64,000 nt of DNA from Promethearchaeota archaeon (lineage in GTDB: Archaea > Asgardarchaeota > Lokiarchaeia > Sigyniarchaeales > SOKP01), in contig JBHLLT010000001.1 in the NCBI GenBank assembly GCA_048938855.1, positions 1-64,000 of the forward strand, read 5' to 3'. A program made the translations under genes and the position numbers. The notes beneath the pieces were generated by a model. It saw nothing but the letters and a program-made list of their open reading frames with translations, ran no database searches and was not told where the DNA came from. Numbering within the stretch: position 1 is the stretch's first letter; each line of letters begins with the position of its first letter. Of the stretch, positions 1-9,022 are shown piece by piece.

Positions 1-481
1 TTTCCAATTCTTTTTCGATTGCACGTTCTTTTCTTGATTTAAACTTACCGCCTTCTTCTGCTTTTCCACTCAGATATAGAATATAAGCCAATATATGTAG
101 AAGAACTGCTGCGCCCCAAAAAATTGCAGGAAAAATTACCCAATAATACTCTGGAAATGTAAAAAAGTTAACAATAAACAGGAAAAGCATAACAAAAATA
201 TAAGAATTTAAGTGATATATTACACCACGTTTAGCCATTGGATAAACTCCTCTTGCATACAGAATATAGGCTAAAAAATGCATATTGATTCCTATTAACC
301 ATGAGAATAGGGGGAAGACAAACCAAGAAAACTCTGGTGTAAATATAAGATTTATTAAGAACAGCAATATGTTAACTAAGATAAAAACAGCAATGTGGAT
401 CTTTACAGAGAACCTAAAGCTTACTTTCTGTGCAGCGATTTTTCTTAAACTTTCTTCAGAAAATGCATTATTTACAGTCAT
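1..481 (-). CDS. 2TM-domain membrane protein (two hairpin repeats), 3' end truncated by window edge
   Basis: Not in the ORF track. ATG at 481 opens a stop-free frame to position 1: MTVNNAFSEESLRKIAAQKVSFRFSVKIHIAVFILVNILLFLIN...WFVFPLFSWLIGINMH...YHLNSYIFVMLFLFIVN...YWVIFPAIFWGAAVLLH. The H...N...W..P...WG...H pattern occurs twice. Confidence 0.75.
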   Translation of the reverse strand, partial: MTVNNAFSEESLRKIAAQKVSFRFSVKIHIAVFILVNILLFLINLIFTPEFSWFVFPLFSWLIGINMHFLAYILYARGVYPMAKRGVIYHLNSYIFVMLFLFIVNFFTFPEYYWVIFPAIFWGAAVLLHILAYILYLSGKAEEGGKFKSRKERAIEKELE

Positions 482-842
482 AATCTTTCTTAATATTTGG
501 AAAATCTAAAGGTTAACGACTTTACTTGATTAAAATAAATTCCGATATATAAAGTTATTGTTGATTCTACATAGTGGTAGTATTTGTACAAATAAGTAAA
601 AAAACAATTAGTTCTTCAAAAATAAATCAATAATAGTTCATTGGGATCTTATTTTTTAAGAGAAATATATAGATAATTATATAATTTAATAAAATCATCG
701 AGATCTCTCATTTCTTGGTATTAATACTTATTATACTCGGATTAATAAAATCAAACAAGATGATTATGAGTAGCAAAAAGTATAAATATCAACTAGTGTG
801 ATTTATATAAATTCTGCCTCATAATATTCCAATAACGTAAGT

Positions 843-1496
843 ATGTCAACATTATCCGAATATCTTGAAAAGTTAGAAGCGTGGGACCGAAAAACTTTTC
901 TTACTATTTATAAAAGTGATTTAAGCAGAAGAACCAAGAAATTTGCGATAGTTTATAGTTTTCTTGGCTCATTGTATTTCTGGGGGCTTGCATGGATAGT
1001 TTGGTTTATCTATGGGTACATTACAAAGGATTATTATCTATTAGTGTTGTTTACAGGTGGTTTTGAACAAAGTCTTATTATTCATAGTATTATACGATAT
1101 AAACTTATTAAAAGAAATCGTCCATTTATTACTCTTCAAAAAGAAGGTGTGAAAAAACATGATGATTTTATAAAAATTCCCTATCTTATGAAAGAATCAG
1201 AAAGACAATCATTTCCTTCTGGACATGTTACTTTTCTCGTATTATTTGGCTTTATATGTGCTTTTTACTTTTCAGATTTCTTTTGGATTATTCTCTCTAT
1301 TTTTATAGCATTAAGTGTTATTATGGGGATCTCTCGGCTAATATTAGGAGTACATTTCCCAATTGATGTAATTTTTGGATTTGTATTTGGAGTTTTGTAT
1401 GCTTTATTATACCTTGGATTTACATACGAATACTGGGTAATGTTTTATTATTGGTTGGGACAAATATTTTCTCCGATAATTCAATTTTGGCTTTGA
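843..1496 (+). CDS. PAP2-family membrane phosphatase
   Basis: Motifs KRNRP, SFPSGH and SRLILGVHFPID; multiple TM segments. Confidence 0.9.
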   Translation: MSTLSEYLEKLEAWDRKTFLTIYKSDLSRRTKKFAIVYSFLGSLYFWGLAWIVWFIYGYITKDYYLLVLFTGGFEQSLIIHSIIRYKLIKRNRPFITLQKEGVKKHDDFIKIPYLMKESERQSFPSGHVTFLVLFGFICAFYFSDFFWIILSIFIALSVIMGISRLILGVHFPIDVIFGFVFGVLYALLYLGFTYEYWVMFYYWLGQIFSPIIQFWL

Positions 1497-1692
1497 ATCT
1501 ATTCTTGTTGAACTTGTTTTAGTATTTAACCGAAATTACCAGTTAACACTTCTAATCACATTAGTATTAGGTATAAGGGGAGCTTTGCTATGGTTGTTCG
1601 TAACTTTATGGATTTATGATGATGTAAATAAGGTTTCCCCTGTTTTAAAACAAAGAGAAAGAAAATTGAGTAGTAAATTTTCATTATATTAA
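1495..1692 (+). pseudogene. Possible relic of a membrane-transporter C-terminus
   Basis: Stop-free frame with no start at its 5' end: ESILVELVLVFNRNYQLTLLITLVLGIRGALLWLFVTLWIYDDVNKVSPVLKQRERK..., i.e. a TM helix followed by an amphipathic tail. Confidence 0.25.
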
Positions 1693-1759
1693 TCAATATT
1701 GATATCAAAGAACCAAACACAAATTTTTATTTTATTGCTTTCTTCTCCTATTTACTAAA

Positions 1760-3076
1760 ATGCAGATAGCTTCAAAAAATAGGAAAAGACAAGCAATTCC
1801 TAAACATCACAAATTCAGTCCAGATTTCAATTCAGTGATTTTTATAGTATTGTGGAATTCTCTCGGGTTCTTTTTTATTGAATTTAGTATGAATTATTAT
1901 ATTCGGTATGTTTTAAATTATCTTCCTTATAATGTAGGATTATTTTTCTCATTTATCACAATGGGGGGTTTAATCAGTTCATCGTTTATCGGGTTTTTAA
2001 CTGATCGATATTCTAAACGAATTTTAGTTATGATAGGGTCTTTTGGGAGAGGTATATCTTATTTTGGTCTCTATATTTCGGTCATAGCAGAGTCGTTAAT
2101 AGGGATGTATGTCAGTGCTTTTGTTTTAGGATTAGGAGCCAATATTTTTTGGAATCCATTAGATACTATAATTTCTGAAAAATCTTCAAAATACCATCGT
2201 TCATCTGCTTTTGGAAAAAGAAGATTTGCTTTAGGAATGGGAATGTTAATCGGGACAGTTTTAGGATTTGTAATATTTGGTTTAGCAGACGCTCTTACAC
2301 CTGGTAATGCTTTTTTCTTATATGGAGCGATCCCAATATTTGGTATCGCAAATTTTGTTGCAGGGATTCAATTTTCTCGGAAAGTAGATGAAAAAAAGAA
2401 ATTTGTTTATCCGGAGGATAACCCTAATTCTCTAATAGAGTCTGAATTGGAAAATTCCACAATCCCTACAAAAAAATCAACAAATCGTTTATTTATTTTT
2501 GGAATTATTATACTCCTTTCAGGATTTTTTTTAACTGCGATAAATTCTGGATTTTATCGACCATATATTCAACTCTATGTTCTTGATTTCATTAATCATG
2601 ATCCAGTTTCAGTTGCAGTATTCTATTTCCCTGCAGCTTTATTAGGCGCTATAATTGCTCCTAAATTAGGCACATTAGCTGATAGAGTTAATACTTATTA
2701 TGCGGTTACAGTCGCAAGCATACTTGGAGGCCTTGTAACTTGGCTGATCATTAATTCCGGAAATTTATGGTTTTTTGCTTTTTTGCTTGTAATTGATAAT
2801 ACAATTATGCTAACAGTAAGTTTTGTGTTTATAAATTTCCTCAGTAGAGTTTCTGTTAAACACCGAGGAAAGCTTTTCAGTGTAATTACCCTTTTTGAAT
2901 CAATTGGTAATATTATCGGCCCATTTTTTGGAGGAATAATCTATTATATTAACCCACAGGCACCATTTATAATTTCGATAATAGTTGAGTGGTCTTTAAT
3001 ATCTTTTTTTATTCTTGGTATGTGGATTTTAAATCCATACTTAGTAGAATCAAAAGAAATAAAGAAAAAGAATTAG
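1760..3076 (+). CDS. MFS transporter
   Basis: About 12 TM segments; motif A-like GFLTDRYSKR and GTLADRVN. Confidence 0.9.
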   Translation: MQIASKNRKRQAIPKHHKFSPDFNSVIFIVLWNSLGFFFIEFSMNYYIRYVLNYLPYNVGLFFSFITMGGLISSSFIGFLTDRYSKRILVMIGSFGRGISYFGLYISVIAESLIGMYVSAFVLGLGANIFWNPLDTIISEKSSKYHRSSAFGKRRFALGMGMLIGTVLGFVIFGLADALTPGNAFFLYGAIPIFGIANFVAGIQFSRKVDEKKKFVYPEDNPNSLIESELENSTIPTKKSTNRLFIFGIIILLSGFFLTAINSGFYRPYIQLYVLDFINHDPVSVAVFYFPAALLGAIIAPKLGTLADRVNTYYAVTVASILGGLVTWLIINSGNLWFFAFLLVIDNTIMLTVSFVFINFLSRVSVKHRGKLFSVITLFESIGNIIGPFFGGIIYYINPQAPFIISIIVEWSLISFFILGMWILNPYLVESKEIKKKN

Positions 3077-3100
3077 TAAAAGATTTTACTTTTTTAAAAA

Positions 3101-3637
3101 TTAATACCAATCTATAAAATCGTCTATCGGACGTCTTTTTCTTTCTTTTTCACTAGCTTTTTCACGAGCTTCATCTACAACTCCTATGGCTATAACTCCC
3201 ATTAATTCGAATTTATCATTTGGAAATTTAAATATTTCATTTACCTTGTCTTTTCGACCAATAATCTCACCAATCCAAGTAGCACCAAGTTCTTCGTTTG
3301 CATTGACGCCTAATAAAATATTTTCCATAAATGCCCCAATTGCTTGGATATCTTTTACTCTTTCATATCCTCTTTCAAGATCTAAGAAAACTACTAGATT
3401 AACATATGCGTCTTCTATGATACCTCCATATTTAGTGAGTTCCGATAGCATTCTTTTAACTGTGGGATGAATTACTATACAAACACGCCATGGTTGACTA
3501 TTATTTCCAGAAGGTGCCCATTGAGCACATTCTAATATACTTAAAATAATTTCCTTATTAATTTTTTGATAAATAAAGTTTCTAGAACTTTTCCTCTTTT
3601 TAATAAACTCTATAAAATCATTTTTAATAGGATCCAT
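3101..3637 (-). CDS. Nitroreductase family protein
   Basis: RKSSRNF, APSGNNSQPW, ENILLG...LGATWIG. Confidence 0.9.
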   Translation of the reverse strand: MDPIKNDFIEFIKKRKSSRNFIYQKINKEIILSILECAQWAPSGNNSQPWRVCIVIHPTVKRMLSELTKYGGIIEDAYVNLVVFLDLERGYERVKDIQAIGAFMENILLGVNANEELGATWIGEIIGRKDKVNEIFKFPNDKFELMGVIAIGVVDEAREKASEKERKRRPIDDFIDWY

Positions 3638-3810
3638 ATTTTAACCATATTTTAACAATTATTAAATACTTTTCCAAACTTCTTAGTTTTCTTGATACTA
3701 CGTAGATATTCATCTAGATATTTCTTCTATTTATTTTTCTTAGAATTTATAAGAATAGTGAATAATAAAATGATAGCCCTTTTTTAAGAAAGGGTATTGA
3801 GGTTAGAGCC

Positions 3811-4155
3811 ATGGGTAAATTATGGGGCAAAAAGGGAAATGACGAGCTTTTAGGTTCACCACAAGAAACAATGGGTTTTTCTAAAGAATATTCTTCATTA
3901 CTTCAAAGTTTTGTTATAAGAAAATATGATTTTACTAATCTTAACCAAGTAGAAGACATAAAGAACCAATTATTGAAAAGAAAAATCTTAATAATAAATG
4001 CAAAAGAGATTCTTGAATATATCGATATTTCAGAGCTTAAAAGAACCATAGAAGACTTAAAATCTTTCTTGCGGGAAAATGGAGGTAGTATGGGAAGACT
4101 TGGAGATAATTATTTAATAATGACACCGAATGCAAATGTTAAAATTGCTAATTAA
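3811..4155 (+). CDS. sepF: Archaeal cell-division protein SepF (DUF552)
   Basis: C-terminal core: LNQVEDIKNQL...ILIIN...LKRTIEDLK...GGSMGRLGDNYLIMTP. Confidence 0.75.
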   Translation: MGKLWGKKGNDELLGSPQETMGFSKEYSSLLQSFVIRKYDFTNLNQVEDIKNQLLKRKILIINAKEILEYIDISELKRTIEDLKSFLRENGGSMGRLGDNYLIMTPNANVKIAN

Positions 4156-4159
4156 GGAT

Positions 4160-5419
4160 TTATCTCTTTTTTTGTTCTCTGAGAATTTCAATAAAACTCT
4201 CAATTTGATTGAGAACTTGAGTTTCATTCATTTTTCGAGGGTCATTCATGTCACTTGTTATTACGAGTGAAGGAATATCTGCTTCTTCCATCAATTTGCG
4301 TTTTAAATCATACATTCCACATGCATTTGGGCGACAAGAAAGGTTATCATGTAAAATAACTCCGTCGACTTTCCACTCTCTTACTGTTTCTTTAAACATT
4401 TTTATTCGAGTTTGTAAATCATATATATACCAAAAACTTAAAACTAATTCAGCCATGGATTCTATAGGTTTTTTCATGACCATTTCCTTTGTTACCTTGG
4501 GATTTGTGTATTTAGTGAAAGCATAAACATATGGTTCATAAACGATAATTGCATTCCATCTTTCTAAATTTGAAAAGAATTTTAAGTTATACCAAAAAGG
4601 AATTCCTTCAAACATCAATCTAAATTCTTCATGATCTAATGCCCCAATTCCATTTTCCACTCTTTGTTTTGCTTCTTGATGCATTCGTTTGTATAATTTT
4701 ATAGGAGACTTTAAACCTGTCATTGTAAATAGCGGAAATAATCCTCCAAATGTATCTCTGGTAGATACTGGACATGGAATATTTTTTCTTAGTTCAAAGA
4801 CATCTTGCCATACTTTTCCCAATTCATAGGAGTTCAAGGCAACCTCTCTTCCTTTTTCCGGATCATATTCATGACCAGTTACCTCTGTAATAAAATCTAA
4901 TAGTTCCCAGAGTTGTTCAATAACATATTTTTTATAGTATTCACGTTGTTTATTGGTTGTGTTACTTACAACATGGGGGACATCTATAGTAAAATGAGGT
5001 ACGTCGAATCTTTCAGCTTGTACTTGGAACCAATTAACATGAGTATCACAAATAACATCACTAGATAACATAAAAGTGGGTTTTCTTGTTCCACCAACAC
5101 TCATATCCGCATTACTTAATGTTGCACCCACATTAGTTTTAAAATATGAACATAGATCATAAGAAAACCCTTCATTTTCTGCCAATTCTATAAAATTTTG
5201 GGATTTCTTTAAAGCCGCTGAAATTGTTGCAGAATTTTCAGGCAACATTGGTTGTACATCCATAGAATATAAGAATTCGACAGGTGTCCCCGCTGTTGCC
5301 CATGCAGTAGGTTTACCATCTCTATACGCTTGTTCAATTGCTAAGAAATGTCTACCCATTTCATTTTTTAATTTATTTGTGGCGTTTAACATTTTACCTG
5401 ATTTTTTGGTTGTTGACAT
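4160..5419 (-). CDS. 2-hydroxyacyl-CoA dehydratase / benzoyl-CoA reductase-type subunit (HgdA/BcrB-like)
   Basis: PENSA, DLCSY, ICD, DGVILH..SCRP, SDMNDPR, IESFIE. Confidence 0.85.
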   Translation of the reverse strand: MSTTKKSGKMLNATNKLKNEMGRHFLAIEQAYRDGKPTAWATAGTPVEFLYSMDVQPMLPENSATISAALKKSQNFIELAENEGFSYDLCSYFKTNVGATLSNADMSVGGTRKPTFMLSSDVICDTHVNWFQVQAERFDVPHFTIDVPHVVSNTTNKQREYYKKYVIEQLWELLDFITEVTGHEYDPEKGREVALNSYELGKVWQDVFELRKNIPCPVSTRDTFGGLFPLFTMTGLKSPIKLYKRMHQEAKQRVENGIGALDHEEFRLMFEGIPFWYNLKFFSNLERWNAIIVYEPYVYAFTKYTNPKVTKEMVMKKPIESMAELVLSFWYIYDLQTRIKMFKETVREWKVDGVILHDNLSCRPNACGMYDLKRKLMEEADIPSLVITSDMNDPRKMNETQVLNQIESFIEILREQKKR

Positions 5420-5431
5420 ATTAATCCTCCC

Positions 5432-6475
5432 TTAAATAATTTCCTTAAATGCTTCAAATCTTGTAGTTAATTGTTTGTATGATTCTCTATTATATTCCAT
5501 TTCGACAAAAAGATACGGAATTCCTAATTCTTTAAATTTTTTATTAAAGTAAGGATGATCATATAAAATTGGTTCACAAAATTTTTGAGCAATATTAATA
5601 ACGCCATCAACATCATATTTTGTGGCTAAGGCTTTTACAACTTCAAACCTATCATAAGAAGGAAATTTTGTAGAAAAAATAGGCTTACTTAAGTGGTATT
5701 TTGCTAATGCTTTGACAGGTTCTTCGCCTTCATCAACGTTTTGCGAAAAATATTTTGTTCCAGTGCAAAGATCATCAATAATAATATGAAATCCTAGACT
5801 TTCAAGAAATTTGATGAATTCTGTATCATCTATTACTGATCCTGTTAATAGGACTTTTTTTAATTTTTTATCCGGTTGTGGATTCTGAGTTTTTAAGTAC
5901 TCTAATTTTGATTTGAGCATATCTAAAGCTTTTTTTTTATCTAGTTGTTGCACACTTTTAACTAGAGCGTGAAAATCAGAACCTTTCAAAATCATTTTAG
6001 ATCTATATTTTGAAATATCTCTCAATAGAGTTCTGATTTGGTTCATTAATTTTATAGCGTTGCTGATTTTTTCTGAAGTAATACTTACATTAAATTTTTG
6101 GCCTAACTGGTTGATTAACTCATTTATATCATCTATATAAAAATCTAATGCTGCTTTATTACGCTTTAATGGTGCGTTTAAAAAATAGAAAAACTCAAGA
6201 TTAACGCATTCCAGCCAAATATCAAATTCACGATTTGTGCAATCACAACCATGTGTTGCAATTATTCCCTTGAAATCGTTGTCCAAACCATTTAACGCTT
6301 GTTCCAAAAGATTTTTAGCCCATATACAATGGTTTGGGGGAATGTGTTCGTTAGCTTTATCAACACTCATTGTAGGATCGCCGAATAATCTTATTGGAAT
6401 CATATCTGCTGCAATTATAATCTCTTCAGGGGTTTCAACTGCACTATCTAAGATAGCTATCTTATTCATACTCAT
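5432..6475 (-). CDS. 2-hydroxyacyl-CoA dehydratase subunit (HgdB/BcrC-like)
   Basis: PEEIIIAAD, HGCD, DDLCTG, DGVI....KFCEP, QLTTRFEAF; 12 bp upstream of its partner gene. Confidence 0.85.
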   Translation of the reverse strand: MSMNKIAILDSAVETPEEIIIAADMIPIRLFGDPTMSVDKANEHIPPNHCIWAKNLLEQALNGLDNDFKGIIATHGCDCTNREFDIWLECVNLEFFYFLNAPLKRNKAALDFYIDDINELINQLGQKFNVSITSEKISNAIKLMNQIRTLLRDISKYRSKMILKGSDFHALVKSVQQLDKKKALDMLKSKLEYLKTQNPQPDKKLKKVLLTGSVIDDTEFIKFLESLGFHIIIDDLCTGTKYFSQNVDEGEEPVKALAKYHLSKPIFSTKFPSYDRFEVVKALATKYDVDGVINIAQKFCEPILYDHPYFNKKFKELGIPYLFVEMEYNRESYKQLTTRFEAFKEII

Positions 6476-6604
6476 ACATTCAATTCTAATTTTTTATCCT
6501 AAAATCCTATAGTTCTAAATCTTGAAATATTTAAAAAAATATTTATTTAATCGTTCAATTTATTCCTTTATAGCAGCATTTAATTTTAGGAAAATAACGT
6601 TTCG

Positions 6605-6919
6605 ATGTCGGGTCAACAACAAACTCTTCACAGAACCTTATCTAAAGCCATTCTCAAAGATGAAGTAAGAATCAAGTTGAAGATTTGGAACACTTACTTA
6701 ACTGGCAAACTTGTTAAATTCGACAATTATATGAATTTAATCGTAAAAGATGCTAAGGAAATCTATTTTGGTCGCGGGGGTAAGAGAAGCAAAGATTTAG
6801 GGACTTGCATGATAAGGGGCGCCAGTATCATATTTGTCGGTCAAGATCGAGAGAAACTGATCTTCGCCCAAGATGAAGAAGTAAAATTAATGCATAGAGA
6901 AGAATCAGAAGAGGCCTAA
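6605..6919 (+). CDS. Sm/Lsm RNA-binding protein (SmAP)
   Basis: Sm1 GKLVKFDNYMNL and Sm2 MIRGASI; directly upstream of rpl37e, the conserved archaeal linkage. Confidence 0.9.
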   Translation: MSGQQQTLHRTLSKAILKDEVRIKLKIWNTYLTGKLVKFDNYMNLIVKDAKEIYFGRGGKRSKDLGTCMIRGASIIFVGQDREKLIFAQDEEVKLMHREESEEA

Positions 6920-6939
6920 ATTAGGAGAGTATTTTAAAA

Positions 6940-7161
6940 ATGGGAAAAGGAACACCGAGTAGGGGAAAAAAAAATAAAGCAGCAAGCCATAGAACATGTC
7001 GTCGGTGTGGAAGGCATTCCTACCATCGCAGAAAGAGATTTTGTGCTTACTGTGGATTTGGAAAAACAGCTAAACGCAGGTCTCCTTCATGGAGAAATAG
7101 AATTCCAGCATTTAATGGAACAAAGTCTTTTTATAGAGGGGTAAGAAAAGTAAAGGCTTAA
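6940..7161 (+). CDS. rpl37e: 50S ribosomal protein L37e
   Basis: MGKGTPSRGK...CRRCGRHSYH...CAYCGFG. Confidence 0.97.
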   Translation: MGKGTPSRGKKNKAASHRTCRRCGRHSYHRRKRFCAYCGFGKTAKRRSPSWRNRIPAFNGTKSFYRGVRKVKA

Positions 7162-7312
7162 CAGCCACAAATTTATCCTTTTATCAGTTAAAAATCTAAA
7201 AATAGATTAATACCTCAATTCTAAAATTTTATATACAGTTGCCTAATTTTCTATTTTTAAGTCGTTCAGTTAAAGTTCTAATTAATCTAAGATAAATAGA
7301 ATTTGAATAATC

Positions 7313-7696
7313 ATGTCATTTAATGATAAAGTAGTAATTGAAAGTATTAATAAAGAACTTGAAAGATTAGAACACTTAGGAGAAATTATAGGTACTGCAG
7401 TAGTGAAGCGAAATGGTTTACTTGTGTCATCAAGATTACCAAGAGATATTGACGATAGAAAACTAAGTGCTTTATCAGCTACCATGTTCGAGGGCATCGA
7501 AACGGCTACTTCGAGTTTTGAAAATAATCAAATTAAGAATATTACTGTTGAATATTTAGATTACCAATTGATAGTCGTAGGAGTAAATGACAAAATTATT
7601 TTGGTTTCTCTATCTGAAATAAATGCAAATCTTGGTTTGATCTTTATCGAAATTGAAGAAAGCATAAAAAATATCAAACAAATTATTGAGAAGTGA
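7313..7696 (+). CDS. Roadblock/LC7 domain protein
   Basis: IGTAVVKRNGLLVSS, LSALSATM, NLGLI pattern; 127 aa. Confidence 0.9.
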   Translation: MSFNDKVVIESINKELERLEHLGEIIGTAVVKRNGLLVSSRLPRDIDDRKLSALSATMFEGIETATSSFENNQIKNITVEYLDYQLIVVGVNDKIILVSLSEINANLGLIFIEIEESIKNIKQIIEK

Positions 7697-7702
7697 TTTA
7701 CC

Positions 7703-8440
7703 ATTTTAACAGAAAAACAAAAAGAGAGATTTACAAGACAAATTATTTCTCCTTTCATTGGAGAAAAAGGACAAGAAGTGATATCGAAAATTAAAGTTCT
7801 ACAAATTGGAGTTGGAGGTTTAGGTTCACCTTTTGCTTTATATCTTACAGCAGCAGGTATAAATGAATTAACGATTATTGATAATGATACCTTAGAAATA
7901 TCTAATTTACAAAGACAAATTCTTTACAATGAAACTCACATCGGTAAGGAAAAAGCAAAATCAGCTAAAGATGTATTGCTTAAGCTTAATTCAGATATTA
8001 AAGTTAATGCTTATAAGGATTATATTGATGAAAATTCTATAAAAAAATATCTAAAAGAAACTCAATATGATTTCATTGTGGATTGTTCTGACAATTTCCA
8101 GACTAAATTTTTAGTTAATAAAATAGCAGTAGAGAACAATTTAAATTGTGTTATTGCAGGTATCAAAGATTTCTATGGACAAATTATAACAATCAAACCT
8201 AAAGAAAGTGCTTGCTATCAATGCATTTTTTCAGTGATGGATTCTCCCCCTATTGAAGGCCCTTTACCAGTAATAGGCGTTACTCCTGGAATTCTAGGAA
8301 CTTTGGAAGCTTTAGAAGTGATAAAAACAGCTCTAGGACTGCCTAACTTGGAAAATAAACTTTTAATGGTTAATTTAATAGATATGAGTTTTAATATAAT
8401 TGATATCGTAAAGAACGAAAATTGCATATGCTCATCATGA
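7703..8440 (+). CDS. ThiF/MoeB/HesA E1-like adenylyltransferase (UbaA-like); probable ATT start at 7703
   Basis: GVGGLGS, SNLQRQ, DCSDNF, ACYQC. The frame upstream of the track start (7778) encodes the conserved N-terminal motif ERFTRQII...GEKGQE. The only plausible start after the in-frame TGA at 7694 is ATT 7703, behind GAGAAGTGA. Confidence 0.85.
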   Translation: MLTEKQKERFTRQIISPFIGEKGQEVISKIKVLQIGVGGLGSPFALYLTAAGINELTIIDNDTLEISNLQRQILYNETHIGKEKAKSAKDVLLKLNSDIKVNAYKDYIDENSIKKYLKETQYDFIVDCSDNFQTKFLVNKIAVENNLNCVIAGIKDFYGQIITIKPKESACYQCIFSVMDSPPIEGPLPVIGVTPGILGTLEALEVIKTALGLPNLENKLLMVNLIDMSFNIIDIVKNENCICSS

Positions 8441-8464
8441 ATACGTAAAAGTTAAAAGAAAATT

Positions 8465-9013
8465 TTAAAATTTCATGAAATCTGGATTTTTGCCAAAAAA
8501 TTCTTTATAGGTTTTACCATCTTTGGCATATTTGTCTGATGTTTTCTCACCTATGAAAATTTCGTCCTCTGGTAGATTTCTAAGAAATTTAGCTGGAACT
8601 CCAGCCCACAATTGTTTTGTTGGTACTTCTTTATTAGTAATCACAGCTCCAGCTGCTATCATTGAGCCATCATTCATTTTAGTATTATGGAGTACATTAC
8701 TACCAATACCAACCAAACAGCCATCTCCTATTTCTACTGGCCCATGGATCATTGCATGGTGACCAATAATGCAATTCGAGCCAATTTTTACGGAAGTTCC
8801 TTCCTCAATGTGAATTGTAACATTTTCTTGTATGCTAGTTTTTTTTCCAATCTGAATTAGCCCCTGATCTCCTCTCAGAATTGCTCCAAACCAGATATTA
8901 CTCAATTTTCCAATAACTACATTCCCTATAATTACAGCGGTTGGTGCAATATATGCAGTTTCATGGATTTGTGGTTTTTTCCCTGTATGTGGACATGGCA
9001 TAATTATTGGCAT
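8465..9013 (-). CDS. Gamma carbonic anhydrase family hexapeptide-repeat protein
   Basis: IWFGAILRGD, IQENVTIH, IGHHAMIHG, WAGVPAK. Confidence 0.92.
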   Translation of the reverse strand: MPIIMPCPHTGKKPQIHETAYIAPTAVIIGNVVIGKLSNIWFGAILRGDQGLIQIGKKTSIQENVTIHIEEGTSVKIGSNCIIGHHAMIHGPVEIGDGCLVGIGSNVLHNTKMNDGSMIAAGAVITNKEVPTKQLWAGVPAKFLRNLPEDEIFIGEKTSDKYAKDGKTYKEFFGKNPDFMKF

Positions 9014-9022
9014 AATTAATCA

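Noticed and set aside
285-509. 74-aa plus-strand ORF in the track
   Set aside because: Antisense shadow of the 2TM-domain gene at 1-481(-).
8423-8480. Selenocysteine at the E1 C-terminus (C-S-S-UGA read as CxxU) with nearby TCATGA repeats as a SECIS
   Set aside because: No convincing paired stem between the repeats, and the second lies in the convergent gene's coding end; a plain stop is simpler.
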